IMG/VR virus record: IMGVR_UViG_3300043399_000170 | Location: 1 to 63,236 of that record | Strand: one strand, 5' to 3' | Length of the DNA: 63,236 bases | Source of the DNA: a virus | Taxonomy: Duplodnaviria; Caudoviricetes | Part shown: piece after piece, positions 55,539 to 63,236 of the stretch | Layout: each line of letters begins with the position of its first letter | Position numbering within the stretch: the stretch's first letter is position 1 | Made by a program: the position numbers and the translations under genes | Notes under the pieces: model-generated | Database searches by the model: none | What the model saw: only the letters and a program-made list of their open reading frames with translations | Told to the model about the DNA's origin: nothing

Positions 55539-57929
55539 TCAATAAAAAGCCTCTTTGCGGAACTTTGGAAGTTCAATTGTGTCATCTTCGTCGGTTGGAA
55601 TGACAAAACCTCCCTGCCTGAACCGCATAAGGGCCATGGTTACGGCGTCTACGTAGTCGTCGTGGTCGCCAGACGGAAACGCCGCGCATTCCTCAACAAC
55701 TTCCTCGGCATACGCTTCATCTGGAGCCCACACAACACCAGACGCAAATATGTCCGTAATCGAATTTACACGCACAATTTTGTCGCCCGTGGCGCGAGTC
55801 GGCGTGAATTCCTGTACCGGAATGCCAGCATTGCGAAGCTCTGCGATCAGTGGCGCACCGGACGCCTTCTTTTCCACGATAAACATATCGGGCTTCCAAT
55901 CCTTGTAATACTGGACGGTTGCTGCCTTTAGTTCTGGGAACTCAAGTTTTTCTTTCCAAGCATCCAAGAGGATTAAGTTTGGAATTGGCTTACCGGTTGC
56001 ATTTGGGTGATTAAAAACCCCGAAACATACACATGCCGAATAGTCAGAGCGCTCTGTTTTAGAGAAGGCGGTGTCCATTGCGATGATTACAGCTTCACAA
56101 GGTGGGGCTCTTTCACCCTCCCACACGTTCCACCAATCGCGTTTGATGAGAGCGCCTTCCTCAGAAGTCGGATCCTGCTGGTACTGTGCCGACCACTTGG
56201 AGATCGGCAGTTCAGTCTTCAGTTTTTGAAGCTCATCAATCGACCAAAACTCTGGCCACAGAGGCTCTCCAGAAGGCAGAATTGCAGGAAGCTCAATGAC
56301 TTCCCAATCGCTAGATCCCTCTTTCTTGATGGATGCGTCGATAATCTGCCCCGTCAAATCTCGCTTCGCCCATCGAGTATTGTGACTTACAACACCATTA
56401 GCGATGAAGTTTTCAGTTTGATAAACTTCGAGATCGAAAACCTCGGCACGGCCCGCGTCAGTCACGCGAACGATTACATCAGCCTCGAAGTCGTAGGTAT
56501 TCCGCAGCCCTCTCAAGATTTTCCGGACTCTTGCCGTATCCAATAGAAAGGTTGCAGTCGTTGCACAAGAGGCCGCGAACTCTCCCAGTTTCGTGGCAAT
56601 GATCGATGCAAAGCTTTCCATTCCAGTGAGCGCGAGCGTTCTTTGAAGAAGGCTCTTCGCCGCAGATGTCACACCTGTTGTTGCGCTCAGCAACCATTTC
56701 CTCGTACTGCTGAATGGTGATTCCGTACCGATGCTTGATTCGTCTGGCTCTGTTTTTTTCTGGACTTTGCTTGGGCGGAGTGTACTGCTTTGTGTAGCAT
56801 GATTTGCAAAATCCCTTGCTTGAGATGGGCTCTCCGCAAGAACACTTTTTCCCCCTCCATTTCCCATGATGCCCGATTGGCAATCTTGGAGCGTCTGGAT
56901 TTCTTCTGTGGTACGACTCCCTCGCTTGACATGGGCCGCAAAGTCCGGGTTTATTCTGAGACCGAGCGGGCCGTTCGCATCCGTCGTTCCGACAAGCGAC
57001 ATACCCACTGTAAGATCCTTGACTCTCGCCCATTTCCGCACTCCATTGTGTTCAACAAGGAATGGATGTTCCTTGTTTGCCCTGATGATTCGGCCAGATT
57101 GTGTTTGTATCTTAACTATATCATCAAAGCCACTTGACTGAAAGTTGGAAACAAAGGACGCCGACATTTGCCCACCCTCATACGTGGCAACAAAATCACC
57201 GATCCTAATATCTTTCAGCTTCTTATTAGAGCCGTCCGCCATGAGTACACTTGTATCTCCGGTCATGCACATAACAATGACGATGGCTCCACCGGGCTGT
57301 AAACGCTGCCGTGGACCGGACGAATACCACTCATAAACTTTGTCATATACAGAGGCGTCAAACTGACCCATCATAGCCTCTTGTTCGGAGTGTGGATCGT
57401 CAATGATCAAAAGATCCGCCCCCTTTCCTGTTACTGAACCCCCAACACCGATTGCGAAGTATTCTCCACCTTTGGTTGTAGACCATCTACCGGCTGCCTT
57501 TGAGTCGGAGCGCAAGCCAACGCCCGGGAATACTTTTTGATACTCTTCAGAATCAACAAGATTTCGAACTTTGCGACCAAATCCAACAGCAAGTTCGGCA
57601 GTATGAGATGTTTGAATAACTTTTTTCTCTGGATAACGACCAAGGAACCAAGCTGGAAGCAAATAAGACGAACATTCCGACTTACTATGACGTGGAGGCA
57701 TGTTCACTATTAATCGCTTCAGCTCTCCATTTGCTACACGCTCAAAAGCATCTGCCATTACCTTATGTTGACGGCCCAAAATAAATCCGGGCCACATAAG
57801 TTTTATGAAATCCAAGAAATGCTCTTGAGCAGCTTCGCGGGCCTTAGCCTCGTCCAAAGCACGAAGAAGCCGGAGGATCTCCGGCTTCTCTTCTTCTGGT
57901 ATCTTCTTGATAAGTTCAGCGTAATCCAT
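55539..57929 (-). CDS. terL: Terminase large subunit containing an intein
   Basis: Walker A MPPRHSKS, Walker B IIDD, QRLQPGG, TRW, nuclease DTA...E.KASG...HDD.VD. Confidence 0.95.
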   Translation of the reverse strand: MDYAELIKKIPEEEKPEILRLLRALDEAKAREAAQEHFLDFIKLMWPGFILGRQHKVMADAFERVANGELKRLIVNMPPRHSKSECSSYLLPAWFLGRYPEKKVIQTSHTAELAVGFGRKVRNLVDSEEYQKVFPGVGLRSDSKAAGRWSTTKGGEYFAIGVGGSVTGKGADLLIIDDPHSEQEAMMGQFDASVYDKVYEWYSSGPRQRLQPGGAIVIVMCMTGDTSVLMADGSNKKLKDIRIGDFVATYEGGQMSASFVSNFQSSGFDDIVKIQTQSGRIIRANKEHPFLVEHNGVRKWARVKDLTVGMSLVGTTDANGPLGLRINPDFAAHVKRGSRTTEEIQTLQDCQSGIMGNGGGKSVLAESPSQARDFANHATQSSTLRPSKVQKKTEPDESSIGTESPFSSTRKWLLSATTGVTSAAKSLLQRTLALTGMESFASIIATKLGEFAASCATTATFLLDTARVRKILRGLRNTYDFEADVIVRVTDAGRAEVFDLEVYQTENFIANGVVSHNTRWAKRDLTGQIIDASIKKEGSSDWEVIELPAILPSGEPLWPEFWSIDELQKLKTELPISKWSAQYQQDPTSEEGALIKRDWWNVWEGERAPPCEAVIIAMDTAFSKTERSDYSACVCFGVFNHPNATGKPIPNLILLDAWKEKLEFPELKAATVQYYKDWKPDMFIVEKKASGAPLIAELRNAGIPVQEFTPTRATGDKIVRVNSITDIFASGVVWAPDEAYAEEVVEECAAFPSGDHDDYVDAVTMALMRFRQGGFVIPTDEDDTIELPKFRKEAFY
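56379..57269 (-). mobile_element. Intein (297 aa) inserted at VIVM/TRW of TerL
   Basis: Block A CMTGDT, block B ANKEHPF, block F VFDLEV..NFIANG, block G SHN followed by Thr+1. Confidence 0.92.
56479..57033 (-). CDS. Endonuclease VII-type homing endonuclease overprinted inside the intein in another frame
   Basis: YGIT..QY....C.IC...IDHCH.TG.VRGLLC..CN..IG; GGAG 7 nt before ATG. Confidence 0.85.
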   Translation of the reverse strand: MGESQGSYSGYVACRNDGCERPARSQNKPGLCGPCQARESYHRRNPDAPRLPIGHHGKWRGKKCSCGEPISSKGFCKSCYTKQYTPPKQSPEKNRARRIKHRYGITIQQYEEMVAERNNRCDICGEEPSSKNARAHWNGKLCIDHCHETGRVRGLLCNDCNLSIGYGKSPENLERAAEYLRLRG

Positions 57930-57941
57930 AACGCCATTATA

Positions 57942-58015
57942 TGGTGCCGAGTGAGGGAATCAAACCCCCGATTGATCATTACAAGTGATCCGTGATTTCA
58001 CTTCACTAACCCGGC
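57942..58015 (-). tRNA. tRNA-Thr(TGT)
   Basis: GCCGGGT/ACTCGGC acceptor, GATCA-CTTGTAA-TGATC anticodon arm, T arm, encoded CCA. Confidence 0.9.
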
Positions 58016-58563
58016 AATTGAACAAGAGCATCAACAGCTTCAATATGTGCGGTCAATGTCTCCTTAACTTGCCTGAATTCCTTCAGAGAATTAGAAATGG
58101 TGGAGTGATGTTTCCCAAGAACACGGCCAATCTTCACCGACGAAAGCATTGGAAAATAACACATCATCGCCCAAGGTAAATGATGCTTTGCTGGGCCAAT
58201 GCCGGGACCGGACGTTCGCTGCTCTATTAGGTCAACAGAGATCCCATAAACATCGGCAATTACCTTCGTCAGATGCTTGGAGAAAGAGCGAAGCTCATCT
58301 TCAGTAAGGCGGCAAACTTCTGGAATAGGCTTTTTATTCGCGGCCTTCTCTGCCAGTACCTGCTGAAGACGGGCTTCTCTCTCCATGCGAAGAACTTCAG
58401 GATCCTTCTTTTTCGGGGTCCGAAATTTGCGCTGTATCTCCATGATGTCGTAGGCGTCACCAGTGGTGGCTTCTCTAGCGAACACGGTATGCTCCCAGAA
58501 AAACTGCCCCTCAAGGGCTTTCGCCATCTCCGCTTCCAAGTCCCGCATTCTGTCTTTCCTCAA
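58006..58563 (-). CDS. Protein with DnaA C-terminal-like HTH
   Basis: LS...IGR.LG.HHSTI. Confidence 0.7.
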   Translation of the reverse strand: MRKDRMRDLEAEMAKALEGQFFWEHTVFAREATTGDAYDIMEIQRKFRTPKKKDPEVLRMEREARLQQVLAEKAANKKPIPEVCRLTEDELRSFSKHLTKVIADVYGISVDLIEQRTSGPGIGPAKHHLPWAMMCYFPMLSSVKIGRVLGKHHSTISNSLKEFRQVKETLTAHIEAVDALVQLPG

Positions 58564-59353
58564 TCTTTCTCAGCGTGTTAATCAGGTGTCCGACTGAGCC
58601 CTGAAAACCGTATGTGCCGAAGTGTGTCGTCAAAGCCCACGGGAACAACCACACATCGCCACCCATTTCACGCCATTTATGGCAGAAATAGTAGTCCTCA
58701 GAGAGGTAGCGACCATCAAAAATGCCAGTCCTAAAAAAGGCATGCATTTTCTTCTCGATGCCGTTGAGGATGTCCTTCGAATGATCTGATGTATAGGCAT
58801 TATCTGGGAACGCCTCGGCCATCTTCTTGAAGACATGTCTCTTGATCAGCATCAGGCCCGTACCAGCCTCAGCGACCCGGACAATCTCCTCCATTTTTGT
58901 CTCGGAGTCAAGTGTAGAGAAAACATATTCACCTACAAGCTTTTCCAAGTAAGACGGGGTATCCATGTCGTTCTTGACCGCAGCAATGATCATCGGCCAG
59001 TTAACGTGCTTCTTCGGGTACGGGCCGCAGATAATGTCCTTGTCATAGGTCATCATCATGAGGATATCTTCGGGGCGGAACTGAATGTCTGCGTCGATAA
59101 AGAGGAGGAAGTCTGCATCGCTCTTCGTCAGGAACTCATGCACAAGACCGTTACGCGCACGATCAATGAGACTCTCGTTCATCATGAAGCAGTGCTGGAA
59201 GACAACCCCGTGCTTGTGACATGCGTCCTGAAGCTGCAACATGCTTGAGAAATACATCGTATTGCCGAGTCCGCCATACATCGGCGTGGCAACCATGATG
59301 CCCTTGCCCTTGAGCTTCTCAAGGTCAATCTTCAGTTCGCTTTCTTTAATCAT
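58511..59353 (-). CDS. GT-A fold glycosyltransferase-like protein, copy 2
   Basis: ATPMYGG, ESLIDRARN, FIDAD, YPKK, GTGLM, LSEDYYFC. Confidence 0.8.
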   Translation of the reverse strand: MIKESELKIDLEKLKGKGIMVATPMYGGLGNTMYFSSMLQLQDACHKHGVVFQHCFMMNESLIDRARNGLVHEFLTKSDADFLLFIDADIQFRPEDILMMMTYDKDIICGPYPKKHVNWPMIIAAVKNDMDTPSYLEKLVGEYVFSTLDSETKMEEIVRVAEAGTGLMLIKRHVFKKMAEAFPDNAYTSDHSKDILNGIEKKMHAFFRTGIFDGRYLSEDYYFCHKWREMGGDVWLFPWALTTHFGTYGFQGSVGHLINTLRKIEERQNAGLGSGDGESP

Positions 59354-59543
59354 TGTTCCCTCGTGAAATCGAGACGCCTGTCCCATAAATTCCGTTGTAG
59401 AACATCGGCGAAGGATTCCCTTGGATCTTCCAGCCCCGCTGCTCCATTTCCATCGCCCGCCTCATTGCGTCCGTGATGGTTTTGCCCCACACATACCGCG
59501 TCTCAATAACAACAGGGTCAAGCCTTGACCGCGATGTAGTCAT
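59346..59543 (-). CDS. Small hypothetical protein
   Basis: GWKIQG.P motif; fills the gap between coupled genes. Confidence 0.5.
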   Translation of the reverse strand: MTTSRSRLDPVVIETRYVWGKTITDAMRRAMEMEQRGWKIQGNPSPMFYNGIYGTGVSISRGNND

Positions 59544-59775
59544 AGTCCATCGATCCGTTCTTGTTTTGTACCAAATAAACCAAGCCGTCAGTATAGGCAA
59601 TCCATGCCGCCTTTGCAGCACGCATCGGCTCCGGCATCGTGTCAGCAAAGCCACCATTCATGAAATGGCGCTCGCGCTCAGCAATAAGCATGCCCCTATA
59701 ATAGACAGCCTTCTCGCCACGCTTTGCACTTGAGATCCACTTAAGCATCTCGCTAAGACTGGAAATTTTCTTCAA
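59518..59775 (-). CDS. Hypothetical protein
   Basis: Y.RG.L...G.V.LVQ...Y.YIA. Confidence 0.65.
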   Translation of the reverse strand: MKKISSLSEMLKWISSAKRGEKAVYYRGMLIAERERHFMNGGFADTMPEPMRAAKAAWIAYTDGLVYLVQNKNGSMDYDYIAVKA

Positions 59776-60002
59776 TTGAGTGACCTTACATCCATTGATT
59801 CAAGAATATCAGCACGAAGCCCCGCAACCATGATCTCAAGGAACTCAAGGGCATGAACGCGGTTTTCAAACTGATGCAAATAGATCCTGTCGCCTTCTGA
59901 GGTGATGTAGAGGATCATAGACTCCTCAACCTCGCCATCCTTGATCTGCTCGATAACTTCAGTAGCGTCGAGTTTTTTGGACGATTTTCGCGGCATAAGC
60001 AC
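59772..60002 (-). CDS. Hypothetical protein
   Basis: Coupled ORF. Confidence 0.6.
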   Translation of the reverse strand: MLMPRKSSKKLDATEVIEQIKDGEVEESMILYITSEGDRIYLHQFENRVHALEFLEIMVAGLRADILESMDVRSLN

Positions 60003-60375
60003 TTTTCTTTCTCTTTGAACCTAATCCTGCGTTATAGAGCAGCGCAGTCCTGTAGACATTACCCTTCGCAGAGCGATGAGCCATGCGGAGGTAAATCATT
60101 CCGTACCGAATTCCGACGCGGCAATTATTCAACCCCGAAGGCGATCCGCGATAACCAATACCACGCGCAGTGCGCGGCTTGATCTGCATAACACCACGTT
60201 CACCACCACGGCCAACAGCGCTGCACCTGAAATTGCTCTCAGACTTCGCGATAGCCAATGCCAAACCTACCGGCACACCCTGCCGAATAGCCTCAGAGCG
60301 AACCATATCCGGTACTGTCTCAGCAAGTGCCGGAGTTGAAATAACCAAAAATCCCGCTGTCAGAATATGTCTCAA
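59959..60375 (-). CDS. SLT-domain lytic transglycosylase with signal peptide
   Basis: ESNF, GVMQIKP.TAR, G..YL, YNAG. Confidence 0.85.
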   Translation of the reverse strand: MRHILTAGFLVISTPALAETVPDMVRSEAIRQGVPVGLALAIAKSESNFRCSAVGRGGERGVMQIKPRTARGIGYRGSPSGLNNCRVGIRYGMIYLRMAHRSAKGNVYRTALLYNAGLGSKRKKSAYAAKIVQKTRRY

Positions 60376-60548
60376 TCTGTATTCTCCAGAATAGTTAAAA
60401 CCTCTTTGGACACAGCGGCATTGTGCCGCACGATGTAGCTAAGCATTAGATTTTGCTCCTTAAGCTCAGCCACCTCAGCAGTTAGCTTATCGACCTGAGC
60501 CTTGAGAGTCGAAATCACCCCGTTCTCATCTTCTGTTGACTCACGCAT
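60372..60548 (-). CDS. Small coiled-coil protein
   Basis: Start MRESTE; heptad pattern. Confidence 0.55.
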   Translation of the reverse strand: MRESTEDENGVISTLKAQVDKLTAEVAELKEQNLMLSYIVRHNAAVSKEVLTILENTD

Positions 60549-60735
60549 CGCGCCGCCCCGCTGTCCAATTCTTTTGCATCCGCACTTCCTTATTTGGAAC
60601 GCACCAGATCTCGCGGCTCTCGTCCAGAGCAACCACCCAGATAAGGTCGTGTTCTAGGCCATAGTCTATGACCCCGAAGGCCAAACCAGAACCTTTGACG
60701 GTGTGCATTGGGATTGGGGGGTCAAGTCTGGTCAT
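60541..60735 (-). CDS. Conserved small phage protein
   Basis: L.PPIP..T.KG.G.A...IDY..E.DL.WV...N.T.GR. Confidence 0.75.
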   Translation of the reverse strand: MTRLDPPIPMHTVKGSGLAFGVIDYGLEHDLIWVVALDESREIWCVPNKEVRMQKNWTAGRRDA

Positions 60736-60956
60736 GCCTCACCTGCTTGCGGAGGCTCAGGAAGAGGCATCCAATGTGTTGCCCCAGCGGGGGCCTCTAC
60801 GGTGTACTCGCCGTCAAAACGCCAGCACAACCCCCACAGAGCCGTGCCAACCGCATAGCCAATCTGGACAGAGTCACATCCTAGGTCCGGATGCATAGCA
60901 AGTAGAATTCGCGTTCCGTCAAGGGGTGCAGTTGAAATAGGTTGCCAATTAGTCAT
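60732..60956 (-). CDS. DUF551-like protein
   Basis: WQPISTAP.DGT...THWMPLPEPP. Confidence 0.8.
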   Translation of the reverse strand: MTNWQPISTAPLDGTRILLAMHPDLGCDSVQIGYAVGTALWGLCWRFDGEYTVEAPAGATHWMPLPEPPQAGEA

Positions 60957-61378
60957 TCAAAACTCCGTGCGTCTACGCCCGCCTCTTCAAACATTTTGAA
61001 CGCCGAAACAAATTCCTCTGTCGGCATAGAAGTCTTTCCGGGGCCGAAAATCACTGCCTTAACACCAGCCTGCACCAAACTTCTCGCACAGGCGGCACAA
61101 GGGGCATGAGTGACATAAACAGTACAGCCGGAGGTGCGAATGCCTTCCCGCGCCGCGAAAGAGACTAAATTGCTTTCAGCATGTGCCGAGAAAAGATATT
61201 TCCGGGGTCGCTCCCGCCTGTCGGGGCTGTCAATCACACCACGGGGCGGCCCATTAAACGCCGTCAGACGGATCTCACCGTCTGGGCCGACCAAAACAGC
61301 CCCAACTTGAGTGCTGTCTTTCGATTTTTTTGCCGCCAACTTGGCAAATTCCATGTAATATTCAGACCAGTGCATCAA
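60953..61378 (-). CDS. dCMP deaminase
   Basis: VGA, NG.P, HAE.N, PC..C Zn motifs. Confidence 0.9.
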   Translation of the reverse strand: MMHWSEYYMEFAKLAAKKSKDSTQVGAVLVGPDGEIRLTAFNGPPRGVIDSPDRRERPRKYLFSAHAESNLVSFAAREGIRTSGCTVYVTHAPCAACARSLVQAGVKAVIFGPGKTSMPTEEFVSAFKMFEEAGVDARSFE

Positions 61379-61611
61379 AGATTTTCCTTGCGCCGGACAA
61401 CCAAAGCCATACCCAGCACGCTATAACAGGCTTCCAAGTTGTTAATTTCCGGCGAATGATTTTTGCGCCAGCCTTTAAGTGTGTAGCGGCTGATCCCGGC
61501 ACGATCAGCAAGATCCATGATACCGATACACTGCTCGTTCATCTCTTCAAACAAACGCCGCACCAGAGGGTGTGCCTTGTCAGGGATTGATAGGCGACGA
61601 AACATTCTCAT
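61375..61611 (-). CDS. XRE-family HTH protein, copy 1
   Basis: PLVR.LF.EMN...LA.RAG....L..WR...P...N..A. Confidence 0.75.
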   Translation of the reverse strand: MRMFRRLSIPDKAHPLVRRLFEEMNEQCIGIMDLADRAGISRYTLKGWRKNHSPEINNLEACYSVLGMALVVRRKENL

Positions 61612-61781
61612 TTCGCATTCCAGTAGCGGCACACGAAGCCGCGCTCGGTGATCAGTTCCTTGGGGTAGCCATTTTCCACAAGCCACTCCAATGTGCGGTG
61701 CAGGTGTTCTTTCGGGATCATCTTTGGAAAGCCGTAGCGCCAGCCCTCCGGTGGATCAATCATCACGTTGTCGGGGTTCAT
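61608..61781 (-). CDS. Conserved small phage protein (57 aa; not in ORF track)
   Basis: IDPPEGWRYGFPK...WLVENGYP; ATGA coupling on both sides. Confidence 0.75.
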   Translation of the reverse strand: MNPDNVMIDPPEGWRYGFPKMIPKEHLHRTLEWLVENGYPKELITERGFVCRYWNAK

Positions 61782-61993
61782 GTGTCGTCCTTCTGCGGAA
61801 GTGGGAGGATGAAGGCAGGATCACTATATGAAACCGCGCGACGATGCGGTTGCCTAAAAACTCGCTCCGCCCCCGGCCACGCATTGATGGCGGCGGCGAC
61901 GACATCACTCCAACGCGCACCATTGCGCCACCACTCATTGAGGGCGGCCTTCACCACCTCATCCGGTATTTGGTCAGGACGGATCATCAGCAA
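61778..61993 (-). CDS. Small phage protein
   Basis: QIPDEVV.AA...AAA.NAWPG...ILPLPQ. Confidence 0.7.
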   Translation of the reverse strand: MLMIRPDQIPDEVVKAALNEWWRNGARWSDVVAAAINAWPGAERVFRQPHRRAVSYSDPAFILPLPQKDDT

Positions 61994-62148
61994 CTCCCAT
62001 CACAAGGGCGTGAGCCGCACGTTTTACATTCCTCTGGTGAGTAGCAGCACTGGCGATAGGCCACGCCGTCAACGGTGTCTTCACCGCAGTCAGGGCATTT
62101 GCCATTCGGCTTTTCTTTCGGTTCCCATTCATATTGTCCCCAGCACAT
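61987..62148 (-). CDS. Cys-rich 53-aa protein (not in ORF track)
   Basis: MCW...CPDCG...CCYSP..C.TCG..PCDGSC; TGATG coupling. Confidence 0.7.
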   Translation of the reverse strand: MCWGQYEWEPKEKPNGKCPDCGEDTVDGVAYRQCCYSPEECKTCGSRPCDGSC

Positions 62149-62501
62149 CACAGCCCCTCTCCCTCTTCACAGTCGATGGTGAGTTTCACGCAGGCGATGC
62201 GGCGGTTGACTAGTTGATACGCGGCATTGTCTGCATCCGCCTTCTCCTCGTAGGTCACGCTGACATGCGTCGGATAAACATTCACCCACACCTCCCGCTT
62301 GATGCGGGGCTTCACTTCAATGAGGTCAGTTTCAGTCCCTATATACCCACCTAGCCGTCCGTCCATGCGCCACACTAAACACTCCCATTGGCCGTCTACA
62401 CTGACGGCCCCATGCACCGGGTACTCTATACTCCCATCCACCGCATAAATCCGAACCTCGCGGCCATCACGGGTGCGGTAGGTCTTGGTCTTGTCGATCA
62501 T
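62148..62501 (-). CDS. Conserved phage protein
   Basis: Y.TRDGR.VRIYA.DG...PVHGA...WVNVY...R.AC. Confidence 0.75.
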   Translation of the reverse strand: MIDKTKTYRTRDGREVRIYAVDGSIEYPVHGAVSVDGQWECLVWRMDGRLGGYIGTETDLIEVKPRIKREVWVNVYPTHVSVTYEEKADADNAAYQLVNRRIACVKLTIDCEEGEGL

Positions 62502-62890
62502 CACATCAACTCCCTCAACCACTCAGGCGCACCAGCCCTCCAAAGAGCGCGGGCAAGGTGTGCCTCGGCTTCCCTGATTCTAACTTCCTCGCGCCACTCC
62601 CGAACCAGAATGTCCTTGACGGCATCGCTCGTCGCCTTCCGGCAGTAGATGTGCTGTGGCCTGTAATCGTAAATGTCGTCCTTCGGCGCACCCTTCATGG
62701 CCTTGGCCACCTTCAGGCGGCGTCTTGCAAACTCAACGTCGCTTTGGAGTTCTTTGAGTTTTTCCATTGGCGACATGACAGACGAGATATTCAACGGGGA
62801 ACCACTCGACAACGTAACACCCTCCGTTTGCGGCAGTGCGTTGACCAGCGGGGCCGACAAAATCCCGCCCAAGAATCCACGACGGATCAT
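62501..62890 (-). CDS. Hypothetical protein with Tat-like RRGFL N-terminus
   Basis: GGAGG RBS; MIRRGFLGG. Confidence 0.6.
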   Translation of the reverse strand: MIRRGFLGGILSAPLVNALPQTEGVTLSSGSPLNISSVMSPMEKLKELQSDVEFARRRLKVAKAMKGAPKDDIYDYRPQHIYCRKATSDAVKDILVREWREEVRIREAEAHLARALWRAGAPEWLRELM

Positions 62891-63108
62891 CGGAAAACCT
62901 CCAGTGTGATCTTGACGCCCACCGCATTCAGCGCGGCGACAATATTGGATAACTTCGGATCGTGCCGTCGCCATTGATAAATTGTGGCGCGATTCAATCC
63001 GGCGCGGTGTGCCACCTCTTCGATGGATAAGTCCTGCATGTTCATTTCCCGAAACAGGGTCTGGACGAGCGGCCCTGCGTGGTTGGGAATGGCATAGCGG
63101 CCCATCAC
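62887..63108 (-). CDS. XRE-family HTH protein, copy 2
   Basis: Paralog of 61375-61611. Confidence 0.75.
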   Translation of the reverse strand: MMGRYAIPNHAGPLVQTLFREMNMQDLSIEEVAHRAGLNRATIYQWRRHDPKLSNIVAALNAVGVKITLEVFR

Positions 63109-63236
63109 TTGCCCTCCAGTGGCTTCGCCATACGGTCCTGCGGACCTTCTAGTGCGGCGCGGTTCACATCTGCAACTGCAAACGCAATGCGCTGACGTAG
63201 TTCCTCCTCTGGCGTATTCTCATCGACAAACGGCGG
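63042..63236. repeat. Contig end = 1-121 joined to 862-935 (deletion allele)
   Basis: 63042-63162 equals 1-121; 63162-63236 equals 861-935. Confidence 0.95.

Noticed and set aside
51500-55545. Long plus-strand ORFs (51500-52648, 53260-54366, 54811-55545)
   Set aside because: Antisense shadows of scaffold and portal genes with biased codons; no motifs or RBS

Overview
The window looks like an essentially complete, circularly permuted genome of a tailed dsDNA phage with podovirus-like architecture: no tape measure or sheath, but large internal virion proteins. An alphaproteobacterial host is plausible but is inference only. Bases 63042-63162 repeat bases 1-121, giving a circle of about 63,041 bp. 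The last 75 nt instead match 861-935, so the contig end records a second allele lacking a 740-bp, repeat-flanked two-gene cassette. Modules in order: accessory genes, ncRNAs, HNH and TerS (1-4.3 kb, minus); small early genes (4.5-8.8 kb, plus); primase-helicase, glycosyltransferase and RusA (8.9-13.7 kb, minus); recombination, nucleases, methyltransferase, alarmone hydrolase and tyrosine recombinase (13.7-20.8 kb, plus); virion, lysis and packaging genes (20.8-57.9 kb, minus); tRNA-Thr and accessory genes (58-63 kb, minus). No DNA polymerase was recognised. The most striking feature is an intein in the large terminase whose homing endonuclease (Endonuclease VII type) is not part of the intein polypeptide. 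It is a separate gene with its own RBS, overprinted in another reading frame, while the intein frame stays open. Other highlights are several candidate structured ncRNAs, an antisense HNH splitting a virion-region gene, duplicated glycosyltransferases and a 1930-aa polyvalent ejection protein. All calls come from motif recognition by eye; no searches or folding programs were run.
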